Virus record (IMG/VR): IMGVR_UViG_3300018481_000022
Coordinates: 858 to 64,857 of that record
Source of the DNA: a virus
Lineage: Duplodnaviria > Caudoviricetes
DNA: 64,000 nucleotides
Strand: one strand, 5' to 3'
Program-made: the position numbers and the translations under genes
Notes under the pieces: model-generated
Database searches by the model: none
What the model saw: only the letters and a program-made list of their open reading frames with translations
What the model was told of the DNA's origin: nothing
In this document: piece after piece, positions 30,088 to 39,969 of the stretch
Numbering within the stretch: the first letter of the stretch is position 1
How the letters are laid out: the number at the start of each line of letters is the position of its first letter

Positions 30088-30552
30088 TCAGTCGTCGTCT
30101 TCTTCTTCGTCGCCCTTTTGCGCGCCCAAAATCAGGTCGATGATCTCTCGCTTGCCCGCCTTCTTCGGCACCTCGCGCACCGTGAGCGGCAAGTCGTCGT
30201 CGTTCTTGATCAGCAAGATCAAATCTTCGCGCGACATCTTCTTCAGGTCGCGGCGCTCGTAGGCGCCCTTGACCGCTTCAGGCTCGTCTTCGGCTTCATC
30301 GTCGTCTTCGGCCTCGTCATCCGACTCTTCGACCTCGACGTCGACGTCGGGCTCTTCCGGTGCGGCCTGCCCCGGAAGCTTGCCCTTGATGATCTGAACC
30401 GAGAACCCGGGCTGAGCCGAATAGTAGGCCGCTTCTTCGGGGTTGGTCGTCGTGAACGATTCGCCCTTCTTGATCGTTCGCCCCTTGAAGCCCGTGTGCG
30501 TCAGGGGCCCGTTCTTCACGAGCCCGAGCTTGATTTTCGCTTGAAGTGACAT
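30088..30552 (-). CDS. Acidic protein with C-terminal HeH/Rho-N-like helix pair (packaging chaperone-like)
   Basis: DLKKMSREDL...KREIIDLIL; directly after the major capsid gene; start at MSLQAK with RBS AAGGA. Confidence 0.6.
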   Translation of the reverse strand: MSLQAKIKLGLVKNGPLTHTGFKGRTIKKGESFTTTNPEEAAYYSAQPGFSVQIIKGKLPGQAAPEEPDVDVEVEESDDEAEDDDEAEDEPEAVKGAYERRDLKKMSREDLILLIKNDDDLPLTVREVPKKAGKREIIDLILGAQKGDEEEDDD

Positions 30553-30624
30553 TCCTTGAACCTTCCCTTGGTCAATCAAAATGTGTGCCGGCTTAGTGGC
30601 GAACCACAAGCGGCCAGATACCGG

Positions 30625-31821
30625 CTAAACGCCCTTGCCGATGTTTCTGACCTTGACGATCGCGCTCAGCTCTTCGTACTGAACGTCGACCTTCGACGTG
30701 ATCGCGTATTGGTTCACACCCTTGTAGATGTCGCGATCCTTCTCGATTCGGATGTCGCGCCCAACGCCAACGATGAAGTTGTTTTGATGCGTCAACAGAA
30801 TTTGCGGGCTCGATCGGTAGGTCACCTTGACAACGTCACCGCTCGCGATGGCACCTGCGCCCGCGCGCGCAATCGTGCCCGCGTTCGCGTCCAAGACGTA
30901 ATCAGTCACTTCGATGTAAGGTACCGTCGGCACCTTGTCGAGCTCGTCGGGGTGCACGACGACGTCGGTCACCGGGCCGTTCTTCAGCGCGACCGGGGTC
31001 GTTCCCGTCAACGTCACATGTTCGACGGTCAGCGGCTCGAACTCCCACAGCGGAACAGGCACAGCTGTGATCCCGAACGGGCCGGGCGTTCCGCCGCCGC
31101 CCCCGGCTGCACTGTCACCGAGCGCGGTCGCGCGCGTCGAAAGCTTTTCCATGTACAACTGCCACAGGTCGGGGCTCATGAACCATCGCAACGCGGTTCG
31201 ATTACGCCGAAACTTCGTGGGCATCGCGCGGATCGCTTTGCTGAAGATCGACAGACCGATGTTCTGCCCGAGCGCGTCGACGACGTTCGAACCGTCGGCA
31301 AGCGTCGACCAGCCATTCGACAGAGCCAGGTAGCTATCCTTGACCTCGTCGGCTGAACCGCCTTCGATCAGATCAGATTGGGGCACAGCGGGCCCGAGCT
31401 TGTTGCCGTTGATGTAAAGGTCTTCGAGGTCGTTCGCGAGTTGCGTTGCCATCAGGCGAATGATCGTCTCTTCGACGTTGTCGCCTTCGATGTTCAGCTC
31501 GCGAAAGTTGTCGCCGACTTCGAAGGGAACGATCAGCTCGTGCGGCGTGATCGTGATCTTCGAGGTCGTGATTCCGCGACGCACTTGCGGGTCGACACCT
31601 TCGGCCTTGGGCATCGCGACGCGCTTGCCCACACCGATCTTGTCGATATCCAGATTTTCGTTTCGGAAGCGTACGATTCGCGCATTGTCTTTCAGCACCG
31701 TCTCGTCGATGACGAAGTCGATGAAGCGATCACTTTGCGCGTCGTTCAGCTTGCCGCCGGTCGCCAGATTGTCCGCGACGATCGTGGCCTTCCTGACAAG
31801 ATCCTCGTTTGCGATGGTCAT
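30625..31821 (-). CDS. Major capsid protein (PBSX XkdG/P2-like) with inserted beta domain
   Basis: GG.LN.AQSDRFI, NIEG, ANDLEDL.ING, MP.KF, N.IVG..RDIRIE motifs. Confidence 0.92.
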   Translation of the reverse strand: MTIANEDLVRKATIVADNLATGGKLNDAQSDRFIDFVIDETVLKDNARIVRFRNENLDIDKIGVGKRVAMPKAEGVDPQVRRGITTSKITITPHELIVPFEVGDNFRELNIEGDNVEETIIRLMATQLANDLEDLYINGNKLGPAVPQSDLIEGGSADEVKDSYLALSNGWSTLADGSNVVDALGQNIGLSIFSKAIRAMPTKFRRNRTALRWFMSPDLWQLYMEKLSTRATALGDSAAGGGGGTPGPFGITAVPVPLWEFEPLTVEHVTLTGTTPVALKNGPVTDVVVHPDELDKVPTVPYIEVTDYVLDANAGTIARAGAGAIASGDVVKVTYRSSPQILLTHQNNFIVGVGRDIRIEKDRDIYKGVNQYAITSKVDVQYEELSAIVKVRNIGKGV

Positions 31822-31883
31822 CTCTTACCCTGTCCCTTCGAAAGTTGCTTTTGCGGGGTCCTTGATTGGTTCGTCGCCGGGCC

Positions 31884-32834
31884 CTATAGGACCCCGCTCC
31901 ACATGGAAGACTTTTTCGTCGCCGTGTCAGTGACGTCACCGCCAAGACTGTTCGAGGCCGGGCGCGCCTTCTCGATTGCCTCGACCCGATCGACGAGCTT
32001 GTCGACAGCGCCAGCAAGGGCCTTCAACGTCGACACGACAGCGTCGTCGCCGTCGCCCGCCTTCAGCGTGCCCGTCACCGTCGGCTTCTTCTTCGGGTTC
32101 GTCAGTTCGGTCACAGCGCTCTGATTGCCGTGCGACGACACCGGGGCGACTGTCGAGTCGGGCGACGTGCCCGGGGTGACCGCTTCGAGAACGAGCTTCA
32201 GGATTTCCTGCGCGCTCTGTAGGGCCTTGATGCGCTGTGGCGTGAAGGCCGCGGCCTTCTGCACAGCGGACGCAAGCGAAGCCATCGTGAGCGGCTCTGC
32301 GACCTCGTCTTCGTCGGCCTTAGCGACCTTCTTCTCGGGCTTCAGCGGCTTCTTTGCGTTCGGGAAGCCCTGTTCGGGATCGAACCCGGCGGCCTTCAGC
32401 TTCGCCATGGCGGTCTTCATCTGCGTTGCGTCCATGCCGGCTTTCGTCAGAAGCGCCTTCAGCGACGTCTTTTCGACCTGCGTCTCGACTTCGGTGTCGC
32501 CTTCTTCGGTTTCGGATTCGTCGCCGCCCCCTTCTTCGGGCTTCGGCTCGTCGCCGCCGCCGTCTGACGGCGCCTTGGTTTCCTTCTTCGTGGACACAAG
32601 GCCCGCGATCTTGTCGACGATGCCGTTGACGTGTTCGAGAGCCTTCGTCACTGAGTCTTCGCCCTCGACTTCCAACGGCACGCGCACGGCTTCTTTCTTC
32701 TCGGCTGTAGCGCCCATACTCGGATCCTCCTGATTCTTGACGATCAAAAATTCGACTTCGTTCGCAGGTGCGTCGACTAAGCTTACTTCTTCGGTGCTCA
32801 GCCCGACGAATCTGCGCTTCGCTTGCTTCGGCAT
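31884..32834 (-). CDS. Capsid scaffold protein with N-terminal protease strand (EVSLVDAPAN)
   Basis: EVSLVD.PAN motif, acidic low-complexity middle, coiled-coil C-terminus ending WSGVL. Confidence 0.8.
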   Translation of the reverse strand: MPKQAKRRFVGLSTEEVSLVDAPANEVEFLIVKNQEDPSMGATAEKKEAVRVPLEVEGEDSVTKALEHVNGIVDKIAGLVSTKKETKAPSDGGGDEPKPEEGGGDESETEEGDTEVETQVEKTSLKALLTKAGMDATQMKTAMAKLKAAGFDPEQGFPNAKKPLKPEKKVAKADEDEVAEPLTMASLASAVQKAAAFTPQRIKALQSAQEILKLVLEAVTPGTSPDSTVAPVSSHGNQSAVTELTNPKKKPTVTGTLKAGDGDDAVVSTLKALAGAVDKLVDRVEAIEKARPASNSLGGDVTDTATKKSSMWSGVL

Positions 32835-32853
32835 GAATTCGATCCTCCCTACG

Positions 32854-33414
32854 TCACTCCGCGGGCACGACCTTCGCTCGGCCCCCGATCGAAAAGCCCG
32901 TGATCTTGCCTTCCTTGACCTTCTTCCACAGGTCAGCGTCGAGCACCTTGACGGTCATGATCCAAGAGCCTTGCTTGATGGTCTTCGCCCCGAGCACGAT
33001 GCCACTCGGAGCGACGTAGCTTTCGACGAGCGCGAGCTTTCCCTTCGGAAATGTCGAGTGCTGAACCCCGAGCTTCGTCGTGCGGTTGAAGTTCTGAAGG
33101 AAGCCATAAGCGGCTTCCTTGATCACATCAGCCGAGATGATATCGCCCTGAGCGTCGACCACTTCGGGCTGTAGTACGACACCGCTGACGGTCTGCTCTT
33201 CATCCGACGCCTTCAGGATCTCGACGTCGAACCGCTTTTCGACCCGATTCTGTTCGTCGTCTTCGTCTTCTGCGTCGCCCCCGCCGTCGCCGTCGCCCGC
33301 TTCCGGCGGGTCGCCAGCGGGTTCGAGCTCGACCGAAACAAGCTTTCGGGCCGGCTTGGCCTTACTCGCTTTCGCCAGCGCCGCGATCGAAGTGATGTGC
33401 TCTTTTATGTCCAC
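32854..33414 (-). CDS. XkdF-like prohead serine protease
   Basis: V.GVVL.P..VD.QGD, QH, ESYVAP, GSW, LW..VK.G.ITGFSIGG. Confidence 0.9.
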   Translation of the reverse strand: MDIKEHITSIAALAKASKAKPARKLVSVELEPAGDPPEAGDGDGGGDAEDEDDEQNRVEKRFDVEILKASDEEQTVSGVVLQPEVVDAQGDIISADVIKEAAYGFLQNFNRTTKLGVQHSTFPKGKLALVESYVAPSGIVLGAKTIKQGSWIMTVKVLDADLWKKVKEGKITGFSIGGRAKVVPAE

Positions 33415-33449
33415 ATCGCGAGTCTATCGCGACGCAGGGCCCACGCCCG

Positions 33450-33635
33450 CTAACGAGGTCGGCGAACGGTGCCCGTCTTGCGGCTCGTTGGCGTCGACGA
33501 AGGCGCCTTCGGTCGCTTGCGAACGGGCTTGCTCGGCTCGCCAGACACGAGGTCGCCGTCTTCGTTGAAGACCAAATCGGGCAACCTGTCGGCGGCCTCG
33601 ACCAGCGTTTCGGCGACATCTACACGCTTCTTCAT
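33450..33635 (-). CDS. Small ORF coupled to MuF (candidate immunity/antitoxin)
   Basis: ATGA overlap with the MuF stop; 61 aa with an acidic central stretch and basic tail. Confidence 0.45.
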   Translation of the reverse strand: MKKRVDVAETLVEAADRLPDLVFNEDGDLVSGEPSKPVRKRPKAPSSTPTSRKTGTVRRPR

Positions 33636-35518
33636 AGCCGTTTGATCTTAGCTGGAATCTGCGACATTTCAATGTGCGACGGAATGCCGGCATCGTTCTT
33701 GCTGTCGATCAAGAAGTTCTTGCCGATTCGCTTGTCGCCAATACGGAACCTCGCGATGTCTTCAGGTGTACGAAGCGTCGCCATGACCTTCGCCGCCTTT
33801 TTCGCTCCGAGGTCGCGCTTCAGGCGCCTCGCGAAAGCCGCGAAGACCTGTTTGATCTGTTCCGGATTCGTCCATTCGAAGCCCGCCTTCGTCCACACAT
33901 ACCGACCTACTTGCGCGGCTTCAAGTGACACCTTGCCTATCTCTTGCTTCACGTAGGCGTCGACCTGTGCGTTGAATATCGACGCACCGATTCCGCTGCC
34001 CTGCAAATTGTCGTCAACGAAGAAGGCCGCGTGATGCACGTTAGTCTTCCCGTCGGCCCCACGCGAGAAGTCGCGCCCAAACGTCCCGACGATGTTCTTG
34101 TCTTCGTCGATGATCCCGGCGCTGACCGATGCTTGTTGCTTCTTCGCGCTCTCTCTAGTCGACACGACCAGCTTGTGCCCGGGCGGTAGTCGCGCGTCGA
34201 GCCCTGCCAACTCGTCAATGTCGGCGTCTGAGAGCTTCCGACCGAAGACCTTCTCGCCAAGCTCGCCAAACCGCACCGAAGGCACGACAGGCAAGCTCAC
34301 AGGGGCAGCAACGGGCTTCGTCGGCAACTCCGACGACGGCTTCATCGGTCTTTCAGGTTCGAGCCCTTCGCGTTCGAGGTCGTCGAACGACATCGACTCG
34401 ACCGACACGTCGACCGTCGAGCGACACCGAAAGTGATAGGGCGGAAGGGCCAAGCCGGCCTGAGCCATGCCGCGCGCGCCGCCCTTGGCAAAGATCGACC
34501 TCGCGTTGTTGATACCCATCCACGGGTGCGCGGCGCGCACGTCATCCGGAGTCTTCGCGGCGCTCGTCTTCGCGATCTGGTCGTTCGCTTCCTTGACGAA
34601 AAACTCCTTGCCGTTCATGAACGCGCAAATTTGCGTCGTCCGATCGTCCATCGGATTGACGATTTCGTACTTCGTGATTCCGACCTGAGAGAAGCTTCGC
34701 ACCTGCCCGCGCACGCGCGCATTCGTCGCTGTGTTCGCCGCGAGCCCTTCGAAATACTTGGCCTGCGAACCGTTGAAGCCCTTCGGGATCGTCACCTTCG
34801 CGAGATTTTCAGCGACCGCGGCCGCGATCCGCTTGCCCGCTTCAGCGTGCGAAACGCCTTCAGCCATCGCCGGCTTCACCGCGTTCCGAATCGTCTCGCG
34901 AACATTCTGCGAATAGTGTCGCCCGATCCAGTACATCTGATCGCCTTGCAGGTCGGCGATCGCTTGCTTGTCGACGACGTCGAACTTCACCGAAGCTTCA
35001 GCGACTTGCTTCGGCTTCTTCGACGGCGACTTTGGCAACCTCGCCTTGCGTGCGACTTCTTCCTTCGCTTCGAGCTGATTCGTGAAGTTCGGGGTGATGT
35101 ACTGAAGCGACGCGGTCGTCTTGCCGGTCGCCTTCTTCCATCCGGCCTGACGCGCGAGCTCGTAGACGCGCCCGATGTCGCTCGACACGCGTGCTTCGAC
35201 CTCGCCCGCCCATTTCCCCATCGTCTTGTCTACCTTGTCGAGCGCGACGTTCACCGACTCGCCAGCGGCCACGGTCGCGCCCGCTTGCGCGCTCGCTTCC
35301 TTCGCTCGGTTGTTCCACTTCATCAGTTGATAGTCGCGAATTCGCATTTCCAAGCGCGCGATCCTCGCCACTTCGCTGACCATGAGCGCTTTCGCGACCG
35401 ACGCGTCAGACGCGACGATCACGTCGTGCAAGATGTCGAGCGAACACGCCCGACACTCGCACACGAGCGCACGTTGCAGCGTGGCAAGCTTCACTTCGCC
35501 CCCAACTGCTTTCGCCAC
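33632..35518 (-). CDS. MuF/SPP1 gp7-like minor head protein with C-terminal GNAT-like domain
   Basis: DDRTT.IC..MNG and PPYHFRCRS (MuF); Pro-rich linker; FFVDDNLQGSGIG...A..VGRYVW.KAGF (acetyl-CoA binding motif A). Confidence 0.85.
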   Translation of the reverse strand: MAKAVGGEVKLATLQRALVCECRACSLDILHDVIVASDASVAKALMVSEVARIARLEMRIRDYQLMKWNNRAKEASAQAGATVAAGESVNVALDKVDKTMGKWAGEVEARVSSDIGRVYELARQAGWKKATGKTTASLQYITPNFTNQLEAKEEVARKARLPKSPSKKPKQVAEASVKFDVVDKQAIADLQGDQMYWIGRHYSQNVRETIRNAVKPAMAEGVSHAEAGKRIAAAVAENLAKVTIPKGFNGSQAKYFEGLAANTATNARVRGQVRSFSQVGITKYEIVNPMDDRTTQICAFMNGKEFFVKEANDQIAKTSAAKTPDDVRAAHPWMGINNARSIFAKGGARGMAQAGLALPPYHFRCRSTVDVSVESMSFDDLEREGLEPERPMKPSSELPTKPVAAPVSLPVVPSVRFGELGEKVFGRKLSDADIDELAGLDARLPPGHKLVVSTRESAKKQQASVSAGIIDEDKNIVGTFGRDFSRGADGKTNVHHAAFFVDDNLQGSGIGASIFNAQVDAYVKQEIGKVSLEAAQVGRYVWTKAGFEWTNPEQIKQVFAAFARRLKRDLGAKKAAKVMATLRTPEDIARFRIGDKRIGKNFLIDSKNDAGIPSHIEMSQIPAKIKRL

Positions 35519-37341
35519 ATGACTTCGGCCGCCCGATTCAACGCCAGCAAACGCTTGGCAACGTCCATGACGCTGTCGGGGTCTTCTTCGTCGAGGTCGT
35601 CGAGTCCGATGTCGGCTAGGTCGATGTCGCCGTCGTCGCTCAGAAGCCCGAGCGCCTTCAGCGCGGTCACTTGCTGCCCCGGTTCGGTCGGCTGAGCTTG
35701 ATTCTTCACCGCTTCAGCCATGGTCAGACTGAATGGAAGATCAGCCGGGAAGCCCGGGGCGAAGTCGGGCAGGTCGATCCCAAGGATGTCTTCGAGCATG
35801 TAGCGCGCGATGCGCGGCGTCATGCCGCCCGTCTTTTCAGACCCGCCAAGAATCTTGACGAGCTGTGTATTGTCAGTCGTGTTCGGCGTGTTCGACTTGA
35901 ACTTGTGGTAAACGACCCCCATCTCGGGAAACACAAGCCGATTGATCACCTCGTCGAACTCGGTTCGCTCAGGCGCGAAGACCTGTTCGTCAGCGAGTCG
36001 CCGCGACGACTCGGCCGTCGAACGCGAGTAGTCGGCGGCCTGCCCCACGAAGATCGGCGGCAAGCGGAACGAGCGCCGGATCTTGTCATGGTTCTTCTCG
36101 CTGTAGTTCTGAAACAGAGCGTCGGCGTGCTGTTCCTTGGTCAGCGGCTTGATTTCAATCTTCACCTGCCCGCCGTCTTCGCCCGTGTCTTCACCCGACG
36201 GTTCGGCCTCGACGATCAGAAATTTGCTGTAGTTGTCCGACCCCTGAATCTGCGACTCGACGAACGACTGAATGCGGTCGATCGTGCCCTGCGTCAGTTG
36301 CCCGTTCGATACCGCGATCACCATGCTCGGTATGTTGTTGTTCTTGAACGTGACCCAATTGATCTCTTCGGCCGCTCGGTCGCCGAAGATCGAAAGTAGG
36401 TTGCCGATGAAGCGCGGCAACCCATACGGGCTTCGGGGGCTGTAGAGCTTCAGGTGAAAGACCTCACTCGCCCGATCGCCCACCTTCACGGCCTTCATGT
36501 CGCCGTCGCGCTTCGAATACACGCGCGGGTCACCGAACTCCTTGAACCACACGACCTTGTGCCCGGTGAGCGACGTCGCCGTGCGCCCCTGATGAATCGA
36601 CCTTGACTGAACGAACGTGCGGAACCGGCGCATGACGCGCTGTATCTTGATCTTCACACTACCGTCAGACTGCAATTCGAGGATCTTGCGCTCGACCTCG
36701 ATCGGCTCGTCTTCCATCTTGCCAAGTCGCATCTGGTAGCTTGGCAGGTGCGTGAAGCCCTGAATCTCGTTCAGCGAGTTCCGAATCACCTCGAAGTAGG
36801 CGTTGCCCGTCGTTTCGATATCGCGCCTGATGCGCCGTCGGAACTGAACGAAGCTCTCGTCGGTGCAGTAGGTAAAGAAGTTCGCGAGTCGCACCTTCTC
36901 GTCGCGCGCGGCGTCAAGTAGCGCTTGCTGATCGGGGGTCACCTGCCCCGTCGTGTCTTGCGCGGCGTCGTCTTCGGTCTTCGTCACATCGTCCATGCGC
37001 AGGCGCGAGACGAAACGAAAGCCGGTCGATTCGATGTTCGTTTCCATCGTTTCGATGCACTGATTCAGCTCGGAACTGTTTTCCGGAAGCATGGCCAGCG
37101 TAAGCAGGTCGAACGGGGGCAAAATCACTTTGCCCTTGTGCCCGAGCGCGTTGAAAGGCTCTTCTGGCAGGGCTTCCGACGCGCCCGGGTCGGCGTCTGA
37201 CGTCGTCAGGCCATTCGCGCCCGTGCCCTTGCGAACGTCGATCACGAGCGCGCGAACCTTCTTCAACATGCGCTTGTTCGCCGCGTTCGCGGCCTGCGTC
37301 ACTTCGCGTTGCTTCGCGATCGAGATGGTTTCGGATGACAT
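35491..37341 (-). CDS. Portal protein (PBSX family)
   Basis: D.ETTGNAYFEV.R, H.K.YSPRS.YG.P, F.NN.IP, FRLPP..VG motifs. Confidence 0.92.
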   Translation of the reverse strand: MSSETISIAKQREVTQAANAANKRMLKKVRALVIDVRKGTGANGLTTSDADPGASEALPEEPFNALGHKGKVILPPFDLLTLAMLPENSSELNQCIETMETNIESTGFRFVSRLRMDDVTKTEDDAAQDTTGQVTPDQQALLDAARDEKVRLANFFTYCTDESFVQFRRRIRRDIETTGNAYFEVIRNSLNEIQGFTHLPSYQMRLGKMEDEPIEVERKILELQSDGSVKIKIQRVMRRFRTFVQSRSIHQGRTATSLTGHKVVWFKEFGDPRVYSKRDGDMKAVKVGDRASEVFHLKLYSPRSPYGLPRFIGNLLSIFGDRAAEEINWVTFKNNNIPSMVIAVSNGQLTQGTIDRIQSFVESQIQGSDNYSKFLIVEAEPSGEDTGEDGGQVKIEIKPLTKEQHADALFQNYSEKNHDKIRRSFRLPPIFVGQAADYSRSTAESSRRLADEQVFAPERTEFDEVINRLVFPEMGVVYHKFKSNTPNTTDNTQLVKILGGSEKTGGMTPRIARYMLEDILGIDLPDFAPGFPADLPFSLTMAEAVKNQAQPTEPGQQVTALKALGLLSDDGDIDLADIGLDDLDEEDPDSVMDVAKRLLALNRAAEVMWRKQLGAK

Positions 37342-38889
37342 TTAGAGCACTCCGGGTTCTCTGCGCTCGCCGCCGCGACGACGGCGCATCTTGCTTGTGG
37401 TGACAGCGAGGTCGAGCGCGTCAAAGAGGTCTTTGTATCGATGGTTAGGGAACAGCACGAGGTGTTCTATCAAGAGCGCCTGCGTTCCCTTGCGGAAGAA
37501 CATGCGCTTGTCTTCAAATAGCGCCGACAGCTTCCAAGCGCGGGTGATCTTGTCCTTGTCGGTCTGCACGCGCCGAAGCCGCATGTCCTTGTCGACCTCG
37601 CGTAACGTCTGGTACTGCGCCGCTTGATACTGGTTCGTCTCGATCCCGACCCGGATCGGCTTCCAGCGCCGATAGAAGTCGATGATCTTCTTCGTCTGCG
37701 CACTGAACCGAAGCTGATCTTCGAAGTAGTCGAGCACGTAGTAAGCGCTTCGGTCCTTGTTCACGCCGATGACAACGATTGCGAATTTGTCGGCCTTCTC
37801 TTCCTCGCTGATCGCAAGGTCGGTGCCCATGAAGACCCGAAGCGTCTTCGTGTCGGGCCAATCGTCTTCGGCGAGTTGCTGGCAGTAGTCGTACTGAAAG
37901 ATTTCGCCCTTCATCGCTTCGGTGTCGCACTGATATTGCGCGTTGAAGATGATCAAGCCAGCGCGCTTGCGGCGTTCGAGAAACCACTTCGCGGGATACT
38001 TCTTCGGCCACGGGCTTCGACCCTTCTCGTCGAGCGCCGGAACGACCTGATGGTGCTTCTTCAGCTCGTGCTTCAGAAGGTGCCCGTACAGATCGTCATA
38101 GTGATACCGCGTGCCAAGAATGTGATGTTCGCCCCGGTGCGACACGTCGGGATCGGGGGGTTCGAGCGTCGGCATCAGTGTGTTGTAAAACCACTTCTGC
38201 GTCTTCTCGCGCTGAAGCTTCGTGCGACTGTTGTCTTCGTCGACGAGGTCATCGGAGATGATCACGTCGTAGTGCTTCGAGATGACCGTTCCCTCGACGC
38301 CGACGCAGGTGACCGAAGCCTCTTTCGCGACGACCGTGCGCGGCAAGACCTCGATTTCGCGTTCATCCCATTTCCCGACCCGCTTCGCGTCGTAGTAGCG
38401 CCCGAAGATTTCTTGAAGCCGCGTGTTCGCTTCGAAGTGCGACTTGATGTTCTTCAGGAAGCCGCACGCGTTCTGAAGCGTCTTCGACGCGATCAAGATT
38501 CGAAGATTGGGATCCTTCAACAAGAGGTGAACGGCCTTCACCTCGGTACAAGTCGTCGACTTGCCCGCGCCTCGAAAACACAGCTGAACGTTCTCGGGGT
38601 GATCGAACTGAAATTGCATCAAGGCGAGGTGAAACGGCTCGCACTGCAAGCCGAGAACTTCGGTCGCCAAGATGTCGATCCGGTCGTTGTTGATGACCTG
38701 ATCGCGAATCCAATCGTTGCGAAGCTTGAACGAGTTCTCGTAGAAGTCGATCAGCTGCGATCGGTCAGCTCGTCGGAGCTCGCGCGCGGTCGGAATGGAC
38801 AGCGCCAAGTTTGTACGCCCGCGCCTGTAGGGTCGCTCTTCGTCTGTCGCTGACTCCGCCACGCCGAACCTTCTTTCATCGCGCAGCAA
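37342..38889 (-). CDS. terL: Terminase large subunit
   Basis: Walker A FRGAGKST, Walker B IISDDL, GTRYH.DD, nuclease GTDLA...D...KDLFDA. Confidence 0.95.
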   Translation of the reverse strand: MLRDERRFGVAESATDEERPYRRGRTNLALSIPTARELRRADRSQLIDFYENSFKLRNDWIRDQVINNDRIDILATEVLGLQCEPFHLALMQFQFDHPENVQLCFRGAGKSTTCTEVKAVHLLLKDPNLRILIASKTLQNACGFLKNIKSHFEANTRLQEIFGRYYDAKRVGKWDEREIEVLPRTVVAKEASVTCVGVEGTVISKHYDVIISDDLVDEDNSRTKLQREKTQKWFYNTLMPTLEPPDPDVSHRGEHHILGTRYHYDDLYGHLLKHELKKHHQVVPALDEKGRSPWPKKYPAKWFLERRKRAGLIIFNAQYQCDTEAMKGEIFQYDYCQQLAEDDWPDTKTLRVFMGTDLAISEEEKADKFAIVVIGVNKDRSAYYVLDYFEDQLRFSAQTKKIIDFYRRWKPIRVGIETNQYQAAQYQTLREVDKDMRLRRVQTDKDKITRAWKLSALFEDKRMFFRKGTQALLIEHLVLFPNHRYKDLFDALDLAVTTSKMRRRRGGERREPGVL

Positions 38890-38920
38890 CCGGGCCCTGT
38901 GGGCGGCCCGACCCGGTCAG

Positions 38921-39127
38921 CTAGCGCTTCAGTTCTATCGTCTCGCTGTGCAATTTGAGCCAGACCGTAAACGCGTTGAAACAGGTTCCGCAAACGTCAT
39001 AAGTAAACGTGTGCGCACGACGGCTTTCGGCGTGCCCAACTTGCTTCGGCGCGCCCTCGCCATAGTCGCCACATCGGTCGCACCTGAACGCGTCGCTCAT
39101 GCCTTGCCCACTTTCAGACGTCGTCAT
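38921..39127 (-). CDS. Small zinc-ribbon protein
   Basis: CDRCG...DVCGTC. Confidence 0.55.
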   Translation of the reverse strand: MTTSESGQGMSDAFRCDRCGDYGEGAPKQVGHAESRRAHTFTYDVCGTCFNAFTVWLKLHSETIELKR

Positions 39128-39560
39128 TGAACCCTTGCGCGCTGATGGCCGTCACACCGGGCCCGGCTGTGACAAAGCAACCAAAGATCGACCCGTTCGC
39201 ATTCGGCACGTCGACCACATACGGCACGCCAACACCGCCCGCGGCGTGTATCAACGGCGGCGTCATCGGAACGAAGGCTTTTCCTTGCTCTGACCAGATG
39301 CGAACTTCAACGGCTGGATTCCCAGTGCCCCCGGGCGCCGCTGTGGGGTTCGTCGTCGGGTCAGCCGTCATCGGGGTCACCCCGAAGCGAATCGAGCTGT
39401 AGCCGCCCGCGTTGACGCCCCGCGAGCGCACGTTGAAAACGGCGTCGACCGCCGTCACGACCCGATGAAGTTGCCAATCGGGGGCCTTCGCCGGTGCGTT
39501 GTCGATCGTTGTAAGCAAGCGTGAGCGCCGTCGGCTGTCTGCGTCGTCGTAGTAGCTCAT
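39114..39560 (-). CDS. Hypothetical virion (decoration-like) protein
   Basis: Start MSYYDD with strong RBS GAAAGGAAGG; beta-rich. Confidence 0.55.
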   Translation of the reverse strand: MSYYDDADSRRRSRLLTTIDNAPAKAPDWQLHRVVTAVDAVFNVRSRGVNAGGYSSIRFGVTPMTADPTTNPTAAPGGTGNPAVEVRIWSEQGKAFVPMTPPLIHAAGGVGVPYVVDVPNANGSIFGCFVTAGPGVTAISAQGFNDDV

Positions 39561-39636
39561 GGGGTTCGCCCTTCCTTTCGATGCGACAAGGGGCGACCTG
39601 CCACCTGAGCAAGCCGCCCCTTCGTCGCTTGCGTGC

Positions 39637-39939
39637 CTACTCGTGAGCGATCCAGTGAACGACGCCGTCGAGTGCATTCAGATCGGCATCGGTTCCAATT
39701 CGGAAGCCATCCGATAGGGGCGTGACGCCGCCGCCGACCACGATCAGCGACATCGTGCCGCCGGTCACGCGCTTCAGCCCGCGACCTTCGGTCATCGTGT
39801 CTGTCCACAACGCATTTACGAGACGCGTTTCGGCAAAGAGCTCGACGCGCCGCGGCCTGAAGCCGACTGAACGCACGTCCATTGCAGCGCCCGTGCCCTT
39901 GTAGACGCCCGTCTTCGAAATTTGAACACCGCTTGACAT
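39637..39939 (-). CDS. Small virion/decoration-like protein
   Basis: G.Y.GTG....VGFRP..V...GF.IG motif; RBS AAGGGA. Confidence 0.6.
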   Translation of the reverse strand: MSSGVQISKTGVYKGTGAAMDVRSVGFRPRRVELFAETRLVNALWTDTMTEGRGLKRVTGGTMSLIVVGGGVTPLSDGFRIGTDADLNALDGVVHWIAHE

Positions 39940-39969
39940 GATCGTTTTCCCTTGATTGCAAACGAATGC

